This document shows, in pieces, positions 51,398 through 63,844 of a stretch of 64,000 bases of DNA. The DNA is taken from assembly GCA_965287045.1 (NCBI GenBank), contig OZ336876.1:50282001-50346000 (forward strand), written 5' to 3'. Source of the stretch: Carcharhinus amblyrhynchos. Lineage: Eukaryota. Below the pieces are notes generated by a model, which searched no databases, was not told the DNA's origin, and saw nothing but the letters and a program-made list of their open reading frames with translations. Position 1 is the first letter of the stretch. Each line of letters begins with the position of its first letter. Both the position numbers and the translations under genes were made by a program.

Positions 51398-52652
51398 ATA
51401 TGATCAGATATTACCTATTTAATTAGTTACTTTTTGAATATGAAATTTGAGCCTATTAGGTGAGTAATGTGTACATAAAAATATGATGCCCAAGTTGTGA
51501 TGAACAGCATGCATGTAACTACAAGACTTTAATTTCAAAACTCAAGATTTGGAAGAATAAAAGAAAAATGCTCCATTTGATGCTGGCTTCTCCAGTAAAC
51601 CTATCAGTGTAGGAACAAGATGGGGTTAAAGTGACAGTTGAAAATCAATCATTTTCTTTGTTCAGTTTTTTTGTAATTTGAGGAAAAAAAATTCAAGGAT
51701 TCAAATTAAATCAGAAATATTGTGACAAGCTCTTGAAGGGATTATTTTTTTCCATTGAGATTGCTGAGATGAAAACCACGCATGGCCTAAGGTAATTCTA
51801 CCGTTAGTCACTCAGGACCAGTAGATACAGAATTTCAAGGTAAGATTTTGTCTTTTCACAATTTATAGATTTCTACATTATACAACGATAGCTGCAAGCC
51901 TGCAACAGGGGTATAATAATACATCAGTGAGTTTGAATGAAGTTAAAAAATGCAGCAGTGAAACTTGAACAATGGTATGTATTTCTTCCTCTGCTCAATA
52001 TGTGAAAAGTTTCTACAATAGGAAGTTTAACTGAGGAATATAGTAATGAACAGAAACCGAAAGAGACTAATAAAGTCAATGGCAGCCTTCAACGGTAGCA
52101 TGGAAGATAACTGTTTTACATGAATTGTGATATTCTAACTGAAGTGGATGAACAAAGAAAAACAAGTGGGTTAGATCAAAAGTAGAAGTTCAGGAATCAA
52201 AAGGGTTGCCAACTACAGCTAAAGAGAATGATAGCCAAGTATGGATACTGGAAAGAAAAACTCAACAGCCCTATCCTGACAATTATTGAAGGAGAAATGG
52301 AGGGTAAAACAGAAATGGAAGAAGATGGGTGGATGAGTATTGGACTGAAGGAGGTTTGAAGAAAGCCAGTGAAGAAACAAGATGATGCCAATGGGCCAAA
52401 TAAAGCAAAGGTAAAAACAAACAACAATATTGCAGTGATACCGTTTTACCTTATTAATTGTAGGATCATTGGTCACCACTGAATGCTAACTCGGTACAAT
52501 GTCTTATATCTGCAATTATACCGGATTGTCAAACAAGTTTCTATTTACCTGTTGGAGAAACTTAAGGAGGCGCAATAGTAATGAAGTAGTTACAAGCACC
52601 CAAACAAGTAACACATAAGAAAAATTGTAAGTCCTATAAATTGCCAGCTGTA

Positions 52653-53710
52653 TCATAGAAGACAGAGGGTGGTGGTGGAGGGAAAATTTTCAGACTGGAG
52701 GCCAGTTACCTGCGGTGTATCACAGGGGTCAATGCTGGGTCCTCTGCTTTTTGTGATTTTTATCAATGACTTGGAAGAAGGGGCTGAAGGGTGGGTTAGT
52801 AAATTTGCTGACGACACCAAGATTGGTGGAGTAGTGGATGAGGTGGAGGGCTCTTGCAGGCTGCAAAGAGACATTGATAGGATGCAGAGCTGGGCAGAAA
52901 AGTGGCAGATGGAGTTTAACCCTCATAAGTACGAGGCAATTCATTTTGTTAGGGCAAACTTGAATGCAGATTACAGGGTCAGCGGCAGGGTTCTAAGGAA
53001 TGTGGAGGAACAGAGAGATCTTGGGGTTCACATCCGAAGATCTCTGAAAGTTGCCACTCAGGTGGATAGAGCCGCTAAGAAGGCTTATAGTGTGTTAGCG
53101 TTTATTAACGCTAACACACTATAAGCATTTAAGTTTAAGTTTTGAGTTTAAGAGTCGTGGGGTTATGCTGCAACTGTACTGGATGTTAATGAGGCCACAT
53201 TTGGAATATTGTGTTCAGTTCTAGTCACCTCATTATAAAAAGGATGTGGAAGCATTGGAGAGAGTGCAGAGGAGATTTACCAGGATGCTGCCTGGTTTAG
53301 AGGGTAGGTCTTATGTGGAAAGGTTGAAGGAGTGGGGCTTTTCTCTTTGGAGCGGAGAAGGATGAGAGGTGACTTAACAGTGGTTTATAAGATGATGAGA
53401 GGGATGGATAGAGTGGACGTGCAGAGACTATTTCCTCGGGTGGATGTAGCTGTTACGATGGGGGCATAACTTTAAGGTTCATGGTGGGAGATATAGGAGC
53501 GATGTTCGGTGTAGATTCTTTACTCAGAGAGTGGTTGTGGTGTGGAATAGACTGCCTGTTGTGATAGTGGAGTCAGATGCTTTAGGAACTTTCAAGCGGT
53601 TATTGGATAGGCACATGGAGGGGATAGCTTGATCTTGGGATTGGACATAGCTCGGCACAACATTGAAGGCCGAAGGGCCTGTACTGTGCTTTACTGTTCT
53701 ATGTTCTATG
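52653..53710 (+). mobile_element. Relatively young 5'-truncated CR1 LINE (RT domain to 3' UTR)
   Basis: 'GVSQGSMLGPLLFVIFINDL...SKFADDTKIGG...WAEKWQMEFNP', ending gttctatgttctatg. Confidence 0.95.
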
Positions 53711-54169
53711 CAAAAGATCACTGGCTAACTAATTTGCTGCTAAATATCTAACAATTGTCAAAATTTAATTTGATGCAAAGATAAACTATTAAAGAGAGCA
53801 CATAAAATCTGTAAAGCCTTCAAGAATCACATTGCTTGGTCCTCTTTATGGTGCCCTGTTCTCTTTTTCCCACTTCCCAACATCCAAACAGCTTGGGAAG
53901 GTGGGAAAGGGGTGGGGGGAGAAGAGGTGGAATTTGCTTGTAGAGAGAACAGGGTCCATGAAGAGTATCAACTGAGACCAAGTGATATATTATCTGATCT
54001 TTGAGGGGAATTCAGATGCCTAACAAGATGAATATTACTTCAACTAAAATCAACCTTTTCAGAGACAATGGTAAAACAATAGCCTCTGCTGCAAACATTG
54101 ATTTTACAAAGATATATTTTACACAAGGCAAATAATGGTTAAAAAGAACATTTCAGCCACAATTTGATA

Positions 54170-55135
54170 AACAAAACAATTTGCATTTACAAAACACCTC
54201 CTGGCACCCCAAAGTATTTTCCAGCCAACAAAGAACTTGTGAATTGTAGCCACTCTTAGAAATGTTGGAAAATACAACAACCATGAAACAGATAACAAGG
54301 TCCCCCAAAAGCAATTATGTCATGATCAGACTGTGGGTTGAACTTTCCCAGTTGGATCACAATCCTGATGTAGCCCTCAAATTTGAATAGGAACCCAGAA
54401 GTGGCTGGTGTGGCTTCGGTCATGATCTTCCAGGGGATGGCCATTTAAGAAGCCACTTTCAGGAGGTCTGTTCATATAAAGATGGTGGGTGGATCACAAA
54501 AATCAGAGTCCAAGTAGGAGGGCATGCAGTGATTATCCAGCTGGCAGCACCACTGGGAGAGATAGGTACCCCTGAGGCAGGCATGAGACTGATGGTGCCT
54601 CAAAATGGATATGCCCTCAATAGCACTGAGAGAGAAAAAAATCAAACACATGGAAAGTTATAGTTGTCAGGCCATCATTGTGGAGGGGAAATATCTACAG
54701 GATGGTTTGTGACTCTTGCCCATCACAGTAAGTGGGTCTGTGTTGTAGTAAGAAAGATGAGGGATTAATGACCTCTTTACATATTTCAGAAAATTGCTCT
54801 CCATTAAAAGCTGGAGAGCAACAGGAATCTATTCACCATTGGGTAGATCATGGCAACATCATCACTTTTCCCCTGAGTTAGCTCATTAGTGGGCCTAATT
54901 GGCTACCTGTTGCTGCTGGATGGGTAGCATCTAATTTGTTCACTCCCGTCTCCAGAAAGATTGTTCAGAGGCAGGAATACATTGGTCAACTATACAGTGT
55001 GTGCCATTTTACAACTTTGCTTCCAGTCCCACCTCTAGGTCCCACTTCTGCATTTCTGTTTATTTTTTCTGTTTGATTGTGAAACTCGGGCAATAAATAT
55101 TGGGCAAGACACCAGAACTCCCTGCTCTCCCATTT
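54170..55135 (-). mobile_element. Deu-SINE split by a ~750-bp insertion
   Basis: The 3' part at 54170-54330 (aacaatttgcattta...cccaaagtattttccagccaa) resumes at 55088-55130 (ggcaataaatattgggcaagacaccagaactccctgctctc). Confidence 0.45.
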
Positions 55136-58100
55136 TATGCACCAATATTAATACTGAATGCTGTTGACTTATCAGAGGTATCTTTCATGCTATTTTCATC
55201 CAATAATGTTCTTTAATCATGGAATAGGAACTTATTAGTTAAAGAACAAATGACTAACCACTTATGACAATGAGAAACTTTGCACGCTTGTCCTTCAAGG
55301 ATGTTTGGATTCTTGATTATATTTTAATACTGGGTAATTTATATTACGTTTTAGATAAATACCACTCTGGTTAGTAAAATATACTTCCTTCAAGTTACAG
55401 ATTCTGCCTTAAAAATAAAATTAAAGCAATACAAGCCACAGTGATCCGGGTACGTCCGAGGTCAAGCCTAATACTAAATTTAGTAGTCAGCCAGCTGCAT
55501 TTGACGCTAACGTGCTGGTTGTTATGGAGATATGGTCAACCTGCTGGGTGAGATAAACTGCTAATTGGCACCACTGGAGTACTGAACTCCATGAAATATA
55601 TATTTCTCCAAAGCTGACATACCTGCCAAAGGAATGTGATAGTTATGTAATTTGTAATACTGTCTGGGAAATTAAAAAGTCCAAGTAAAATATAATACTG
55701 AAACTTATTTACTCTTTACGTGATACAATTGGTTCAGCTTTAAAGAAATTACATTTATCAAGATTTCCGTTATTTCATAGCTCCTGCTACAACTTTAATT
55801 ATTTGTATTGGGCTTCACTCTGTACAAGTATGGTTTCAATACAATGTTACAAATCACAATTGAGAATATTTGAAGTTAGGGTTGTTGTACAAATTACTAT
55901 GCCTTAAGTGAACAAGTTGATAATTTTGCATGAAGCCTCATAGAAACTGCCATTCTGAAACTTCACCCAAACATGAACCCAAAGTGTGTGAACCAAGCAA
56001 TGTGGTTTTTTTTTACAAATTCCATCTGAAACTCTGTTTATTGCTCCAGATAAAGGTATTTTACTCTAAAAATGCCTTTGTACCACATGTACATCACAAT
56101 TATGATATTTTGGTGAGAAAATCTCAAGCAAAGGCATATGTTTTCTCTTTTAACCAAATAAAATTTCTACACTGACATCCAAATGTACCAAAAGTATATT
56201 AAATTTGGTAAAATGTAATATGATGACCTAGAGGAATCAATTGCTGGGGATTACACAATATGAGAGACCAAACAAGCATATAATTGCTGTGACTTTTGCT
56301 AAGCATCCATGTTACTGGCTAGCAACAATTGCTACATTAGTGTACTAAGTGCAATATAAATCCCTTGGGAATATATGTAAATTTTTTGATGAATCTATTT
56401 GACTTTATATCCACTTTATAGCTGGCAAGAATTCAAATACATTTTCTAATATAAAACAAAAATGGATCTATGATGTTTAGTTTTGATAAACTGATTGACT
56501 CCAAACTATCTATATAACTCAAACTCAATTGATGTGCAAGTAGTGTACTGCATTAACAAAAGCTAAAATACCAATATGTGTGACAAGAATTGTTGACAAT
56601 GACTACAGAATTTGACTTTTGATTTATGCAGATTCATGGTCAAATTCATGGTCAAATGGCCATGGTGAGTAATGCAATGGCCATTTCATCAAGTGTGGTG
56701 ATTTGTGCTGTTTTCAGTATTTTTTTGATGTAGTGTAATATTTGATAGACAATTCTAAAAGAATGTGAAATTAGAACCAATATATTTACTTTGTTTCTTG
56801 ATAATACAAGGAATCACTAGTTAGCTACCGTGGTCATTGTGTCACTGTGGCTGTCTGGTCTTTGTATCACTATGCCTGCATGAATGTTGAATAACTTGCA
56901 TATTAAATCATTTCCCTGAAGAGCTGATCCAGTGTAGGTGGCACAAAATAAAACTGCTTATTTTGACAGTTATCAGTCATTTCTAACACATTTGAAATAA
57001 AGCGAAACATTTTAATTCTGTACAACATGGAACTGTGATAAAGGTGGGAACAGCAACAGCTGTGATTGTAGTGTCACAATAGCTGCAGCAATTGAGCTAA
57101 TACACACGCATTTGTGTTGATAAGCATTGTGTATAAGATAAATGATTTCTTTATGGTAACCAGGATGACAGTTACGAAGGGGCATGATTGAAGGCATATA
57201 TTTACAAAAAGAATTATCGTCCCACAAAATGCAGACAGCGGGATTTCAAGGAGTCAGAGAGACAGAGAAAGATAAAGAGAAAGGAGAACCTGTGAGATGA
57301 AGTATTCAGAATGGAAATTGTAAATGGACAGACAGAAAGAAAACAGAGAGTCTGAATGGAAGATTTGAAAAGAGAAACATGCAGGGAATATAGACAGCTT
57401 GTAAATACAGCTAGTGGAGCAATGCCTCAATATGGATTGGGATTCTTCCACTTGTTCAGTTTTAAACCTAGCCATTAGGCAAATTTCATAGAGGCAGCAA
57501 AAATAACCAATTTGCACAGCATCCAAGTAAACTGTGTTCACATTTTCCTAGAGTTTACCTATAAATAATGTAAAACATTCAGTAATATTTTGTACAGTTT
57601 CTATAAATTGATCTCTTGAAAAGAGTCAGATATTAGTCATCTTATTTTTCAATCTTATTAGTCATGATTATGTTTTTCAACTAATTCATTTGTACTTATA
57701 ATTGATTTATAAAAGAAAGTCAAATAACCACAGAACAAAAATGTTGCTTATTTGAAAAGGGTCTATTTCTCAGATCTGCTTTTTGATTGATAGCATGAAG
57801 TGATATAATTGCATGCAGAAATACAGGATATTATGGAACTTGTAAATGTAATATTCCACAAAAGGCTTATTTTAAGACTGAATGTGATTAAAACTCTGAT
57901 GGAACAAGCTGTGGTTGCACGTAGATGATATGACAAAGTGGAAATACTTAGTCTGGCACCCGGTCAAACAGCGAGCATCCAATTGTGTACAGACCAACAA
58001 AAGATACCGAGGGCTGTGTAAAGGCTCTTAAGTACAAGGGAAACAAAACCAAATGGTGAGGTGAGCCAAGGTAATCTTAATACCTTTCAGTAGCTGGTCT

Positions 58101-59705
58101 GAGAGTGACACCTTCTGAAGGAATGACTACTGGTGCCAAGATGTTTGAGAGAGATGGAAAATGGCAAAGTTGTATTTTTTCATTACTAGTTAAAAGTTAT
58201 TGTTTAATGATTTGAAAGGTCTACAGGAAGTGTAGGCCTGATATTGTCAGTTAGTTATTCAGATATTTGTAACACTACCTTCAGTTCTCAGTGTTAAACA
58301 CTTCACGAAAGTTAGATGTGCTCACCTTGCCACATGCAAAGCTTTGTTACTGACTAACTGTAATGCAAGAATATTCAACATGTAGGTGAACCTAGGTTTG
58401 TGTTGAAGGAAGTGGTTCAATTTAAGATTTTTGGTGGTGGTGGCGGGGGGGGGGGGGGGGCAGAGAGATTAAAGGCTTTAAAAATGGTTTTCTTCCAATG
58501 TTCAAGTCTGAATGTTTGCATTTTTTAAGAAAATACGATTTTACTTTACTTTGGGACTTTAATACTGACAAACCATTTTTTCTTTTTGAGTGCAGAATTC
58601 CAGATTAGTTTATTTTGAATAGTGATCTGGATTAATATTGTTAACACGTCGGTAACCAGAACACTGCCACTTCAATTGTAAACAACTCTCAAAGGACCCA
58701 CTGAATTACAAAATCTTGGGTTTAATACTTCCCAGGCACATTTTCTTGAAAAGTGTTTTAAAACCTCCAAAGAGTAATTACTTTCAGGATTGGTCGTTAG
58801 CTCTCTGCCAAACGTCTGTTGAGATGAACAGCAAGATGCAGCAAATGTATCTTGCACCATTTGTAGTCCACTCTTTAACCTGCTTTTAAATGGGCTGAGG
58901 CGACAGAGGTTTCTGACAATTGAACTCCGGTTTATTTCTGTTCCCCAACAAGCGGCCAGCTGACGGAGGCGGCATTCTCTTAAAGTGACCTCCCATTGAG
59001 TGGAAGCCAAATGTACTTCACATTGCAAATTGACTCTCTTCAAACGGGTGAGGTGAAAGTTTGTGAACTGGGTGCAACCTGGCCATATTTACTCGGACCA
59101 TAAACCACTTGACCTTGATGCAGCGCGGGCGATGTTTGTCAGCACAGAGGGAGATGAGGTTGCGAAATGGCGAAAAATCTCATTTTGGAAAAGAAAGAAG
59201 AGGCCGCGGGCGGGAAATGAGCGGCAGCGCGGGCGGGATTTTGACGGCGAGGATGCGGGGATTGTGCGGGCAGCAATTGCGTGGATGGGAATGTTGGCAC
59301 TTTGCGGGGCCGGGGGGGGGGGTGCGAGGCTGGACGGGGATTGTACGGACTACGTTTGCAGACTGTACGGGACTGGGATTGCGGTTGGTTGTTTGCGGAC
59401 TGGCCGGGGCGGAGCCATTCGGGGATTTGCGGACTGGGGCTTGGGCGGTTATTGCGGAGGCGGGGTTTGCGGGAGCTGGGCAGAGCTGGCGGATTACTGG
59501 CGGGGCGGGGATTGCGGGCGCTGTGCAGTATGTGGGGCGGGGTTTGCGGGAGGATTTGCGGGGCTGTCCCCTGTGTGTGCACAGGGGTGAAAGTTTGCTG
59601 ACTTTGCTTGCGCTATGCGACAATCCCACAATGCACCGCAAAGCGGCTCAGCTGCAAAAGCAAAGGGTCCGCGAGCAGCAAGATCCCAGAAACATAAGCT
59701 GACAA

Positions 59706-59852
59706 CCCGGGCCCGGATGGAGCCCGGACAGAACCCGGACCGGGACAGAACCCGAGCAGAGCCCGAGCCCGGATAGAACTCAGGCAGAGCCCGAGCCCGG
59801 ATAGAACTCAGGCAGAGCCCGAGCCCGAGCCCGGATAGAACCCGAGCCCGGG
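59706..59852 (+). repeat. GC-rich tandem repeat (CCCGAG-based, 28-bp higher-order unit)
   Basis: gcagagcccgagcccggatagaactcag starts at 59756 and 59784, with a variant at 59812. Confidence 0.85.
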
Positions 59853-60297
59853 CAGCAGCTGCAGCAGCACAAGAAGGGGGAATCACTGACACACAGAGAA
59901 TGTGGCCGGGAACTGGCGAGATCGAGTCCCGCTCCTGCCCACCCGAAACAAACCTTGTTACGGAGCAAAACAAAGAAATGCAATGAATTAAAAGTGCGAA
60001 AATCTGAAGGGGTCATTCCTTACCATCTGTGTCTCAACTCCTTCTTCCAGGGCAGAGTTTGTGTTGGTATTGGACGGCATCATGGGATCAGATTGAATAG
60101 ATTTAAGATTTTATATAAAATAAAGCAGAGTAGTGCCTTCTGTCCTTCAGCTTTTCCTTGTCTGCAAATGAAAAAAAACAAAAAAAAAGATGATTTTCAA
60201 ACAGTCAAATTGAAGTGGATTTCTCAATATCTTCAATGATTTAGAAGCCCGTGGCTCTTGCCACCTTAGCGAAAATGATAAGCGTTGCAGGCAGTGG

Positions 60298-60397
60298 NNN
60301 NNNNNNNNNNNNNNNNNNNNNNNNNNNNNNNNNNNNNNNNNNNNNNNNNNNNNNNNNNNNNNNNNNNNNNNNNNNNNNNNNNNNNNNNNNNNNNNNN
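60298..60397. other. Assembly gap (100 N)
   Basis: Run of N. The 16-mer gcgttgcaggcagtgg abuts both sides. Confidence 0.98.
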
Positions 60398-63300
60398 GCG
60401 TTGCAGGCAGTGGTGCTGGACAGTTGTTGACAACCATTTTCACATTGAGCATCGTTTAGATCTGGGCTGCTGATCATCACTGATCGCCAGCTCCCCCTCA
60501 CTTGGACAACTGCTCGAACATTATTGTCATACCTGCCTCCCCTTCACACAAAAAACCGTAACAGACCACAATTTACACTGAGTGTTCCCCCTCTCTCTTT
60601 CTCTGTTATAACATGGCGGTTTTGACATGGTGCCAAAATGCGCATTTTGTTGCTTTACTCGCTTTGGCCAGAGGAGAAAGCGACCCTTCCCGCACCCCCC
60701 ACCCCCTCCTCTTTCAAATTAAAATGCATCTTTTTTTGTATTTTGCTGGCAACGTTTCATTCTCACGTTCTGCTCGGTCAGCATTTTCCATTTTCGCCTC
60801 ATCTTCGTCAAGCATGTCAGCAACACCTCTGAAGGAGCCCCGAATCCCTGCTTTCTGTGTATCTCAACAGGCAAGAAAGAATCTCCCGACCAATTTTTTT
60901 TTGTTTGAATTCCCTTTCGCTCTATCTTTGATGGAAACTAATCTTCACACATGTGGAAACAATTGGATATATAACAAAGTCGAGCGATATTTCCAGATCC
61001 CCTTGAAATATCCGATGTCCCTATCATATTGTGTGTTACGTATTACATTACTGGATTAAAATGTTTTCTCAAACCATTTGCCTTTTTGTGTGTTGATCTG
61101 TGCGATTCAAACGAAGAGCAGATTTTTTTTTTATAAAAGTGTTTGACATATCGCAGGTTGACATATCGAATGTAAAATAATACACTGAAAAAAAAACACA
61201 TCTCAGCCTATGAAAGTCCCATACGCCATTCAGATTTTTTTTTCAATAAAAGATGGCCCTCCCCCCCCCGATACACCAGGTTGTGATCAGATTGATAATT
61301 AGAGCTTTGCTCTGTGTTTTGACTCAGAAAGGGTGACCTCAGCTAGTCTGACTGCAATGCTCCCAGTGATGACTGTGTATCAGTCCTGCAATGGCAGTGG
61401 CGATGGAGGGCGAAAAAAAAAATAACGCCCCGTCAAAATAAGGGACCGAGCACCTGTTGCTATGGAAAATCCTACATGCATTTGCCATGTGTGATGTTGT
61501 ACTTGGCAGTGAGAGAGATTTTCTGGAGCCTTCCATTGCCTCAACACCCCCCCCCCTTTCCCTTCATCTGGAATCACTGGGAATAGCTGGCTAACATGGC
61601 GTCTGCTGCCTTTAAACTTAAGGTTAACCTTCATAGACCCCTTCGCAACAAATAACCACAAAAAAATGCGCTCACAACGTGACATCCCCAAAACTAGCCC
61701 CATGCCACAATTCTGAACGTTCATTATTGTTGGCTGCTTCGAATAGATCTATCTGCACGTTATTGCTGCAGCAGACACACGATTGCAAGAAATGTATCCG
61801 CTCCCACCGGCTAACTTTAAAAGTAAATAACAGCGAAAGAACCCCCGAGATCCTGATTCCTACAATAACGGGCATACACTGAAGACATTAGTACTTGATT
61901 ATGGAACATACGTAAAATCCTAACCACTATATTCTGCTGCTGGTCACACTGACACTGGGACGCAAAAGATAAAACAGTGACATGTCTAACACAGACAGCA
62001 GTATAGATATTTTTACAAATGTATCACTGAAGAAAGCATGCAGTTTACATTTATAACACCCCCCCCCCCCCCAGATTTGCGTGCAGGTGGAGCAAGGTAC
62101 GATCCATCGAGATCCCCACAGGGACATCAAGTAATCCTCGGGGGAATCATTTACTATTGCACAGTTACAGAACAAAATTCTCCAAATGGGCTGCACTGAT
62201 GCAGAATTTGATGCCATTTTGGTTTGCCGGCGCTATCAGAAAACGAGCAATTAAGTTCCAGAGACGGGCTGTAGAAGTGGAGTTTGGAAGACAGCCAAGC
62301 TTCAGATGATAAACTAGCTTTAGCTGCAGCGAATACTAAGACGTACCAAGGCTTAGCTACATTTTTGTTCGATGTAAGACTTTTAGAAAAAAGATCACAC
62401 ACACACACGGCCAGATTACACCGAAGGAATATTTCAGCTTTTAACAGCTCCTTCGCTTAATCAGAAAACGCCAATAACACCTCCCAAGTTCACGGTGAAA
62501 GTGAACAACGGTTAAAATGTACAGGAGGACACATCTGCAGAGAGCTCTGATGGAACCTCCCCCCCCCCCCCCCCCATTAAAAGAAAAACATCACCATCTT
62601 TGACTGCTTTTAGATTCGCGACCGCCGTTCGAAAAGTTGACAATCGGAAAAGATATTGATTAGCTGATGACTTTAATAGTGATCCGAGTGTAAATTACCC
62701 GTTGCCAATCCAGGCCTGGACCTTTTCCCTCGGCTGATTCTTCCAGCGTCCTCCCCAGCCGGCGCGGCCTCCTTGAGGTCCCCTGCACTTACTGCAGAGC
62801 CCTACCGGGTACAGCCTGGCTTCCGCGCAGTCCTAAAGCCCGTCACCTCACTTCAACCTCTGTGAATCCTCCCAGAGGATACAGTACACACTGAAATGCC
62901 ACCAAACCCCTCAATAGTCAGCCTGTTGCAGCATATTCCTCGTCCTACTTTGAATTAAATTGTAGATATCTGCAAAGCGTAAGCTATCCCCTTGCTTAAC
63001 GTGTTTGATTATATTCGCGGATAATATTTAACTTTCCAGTTTCCCACCACTTTTCCAGTTTCACGACCAAAACAACTTGAAGTCAACAATTTTTTTTAAG
63101 TGCATTCAAACCTCTTTATTACAAACCTGTGAGGATCAACAAAGTAGTTCTTCTTATCAGGATCTGATGTGGAGTTTTGAGCACCTTTACAGAGCTTCCA
63201 CTTCGAAGCAGGGGCAGAATATAATTACCTCTGTCATCGTGGCTCGGCTGGATTTCGCTTCACTCATTCCCTTCAACACGACGGCAATTATGCACTGTGA

Positions 63301-63454
63301 TTATTTCCACTAATTTAACTGCTGACAGAATATTTACTGCCAGCACTTTTTAGGAAGGCTGAATGTCAAGATTAGTGAGATAAACAACAGATCACACGAT
63401 AATTTCAGATTTTACAACTTCTAAGAGATGCATTACTATAGTTAAAAACAAATT

Positions 63455-63612
63455 ACTGCGGATGATGGAACTTAGAACAGAAACAGAAAATACTGGAAAA
63501 TCTCAACAGGTCTGACGAAAGGGGGGGGGGGTCATTGAAACGTTGGCTCAATTATCTCACCATAGATGCAGTCAGGCCTGCTGAGATTTTCTAGCATTTT
63601 CTGGTTTTGTAT
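63455..63612. mobile_element. Family B fold-back PLE derivative with damaged hammerhead
   Basis: Arms agaaaatactggaaaatctcaacaggtctgac / gtcaggcctgctgagattttctagcattttct. Core CTGACGA at 63512, poly-G in place of stem II, then GAAACGTT. Confidence 0.7.
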
Positions 63613-63844
63613 TATAAAATGTCTTCTCTAGCACAATAACCAATTCTAATTTTAGAAATGTTACATAAATCAAAGTTACCATAGAGATTCTTGAATCTAA
63701 ATCACAAATCCGTTTTATGGTAATCAGTGTGTTCCTGTTAAAGGATATTAAATGCCAGAGCAATATAGACTATATGTTGACACCATCAGCCATTCACTCA
63801 AAATCGATTAAATATATTTAAACCGCTTGACCAAAGTATAACAA

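Larger units (their letters stand above)
58900..63020. promoter_or_regulatory. CpG-island / promoter region, GC-rich core at 59100-59950
   Basis: Dense CpG and no transposon fragments over ~4 kb. GC boxes, E2F-like ggcgggaaa at ~59209, YY1-like aacatggcg at 60610 and 61593, RFX-like gttgctatggaaaa at ~61456. Confidence 0.75.

Noticed and set aside
52669-53124. 151-aa reverse transcriptase ORF as a functional gene
   Set aside because: It is a 5'-truncated CR1 fragment terminated by the inserted hairpin and frameshifted downstream.
59063-60016. Stack of 100-200-aa overlapping ORFs
   Set aside because: GC-rich low-complexity repeats lack stop codons in several frames on both strands, and no domain is recognisable.
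61927-62408. Minus-strand ORFs in the promoter region as a first coding exon
   Set aside because: They run through poly-C and CA tracts with no recognisable protein or clear donor site.
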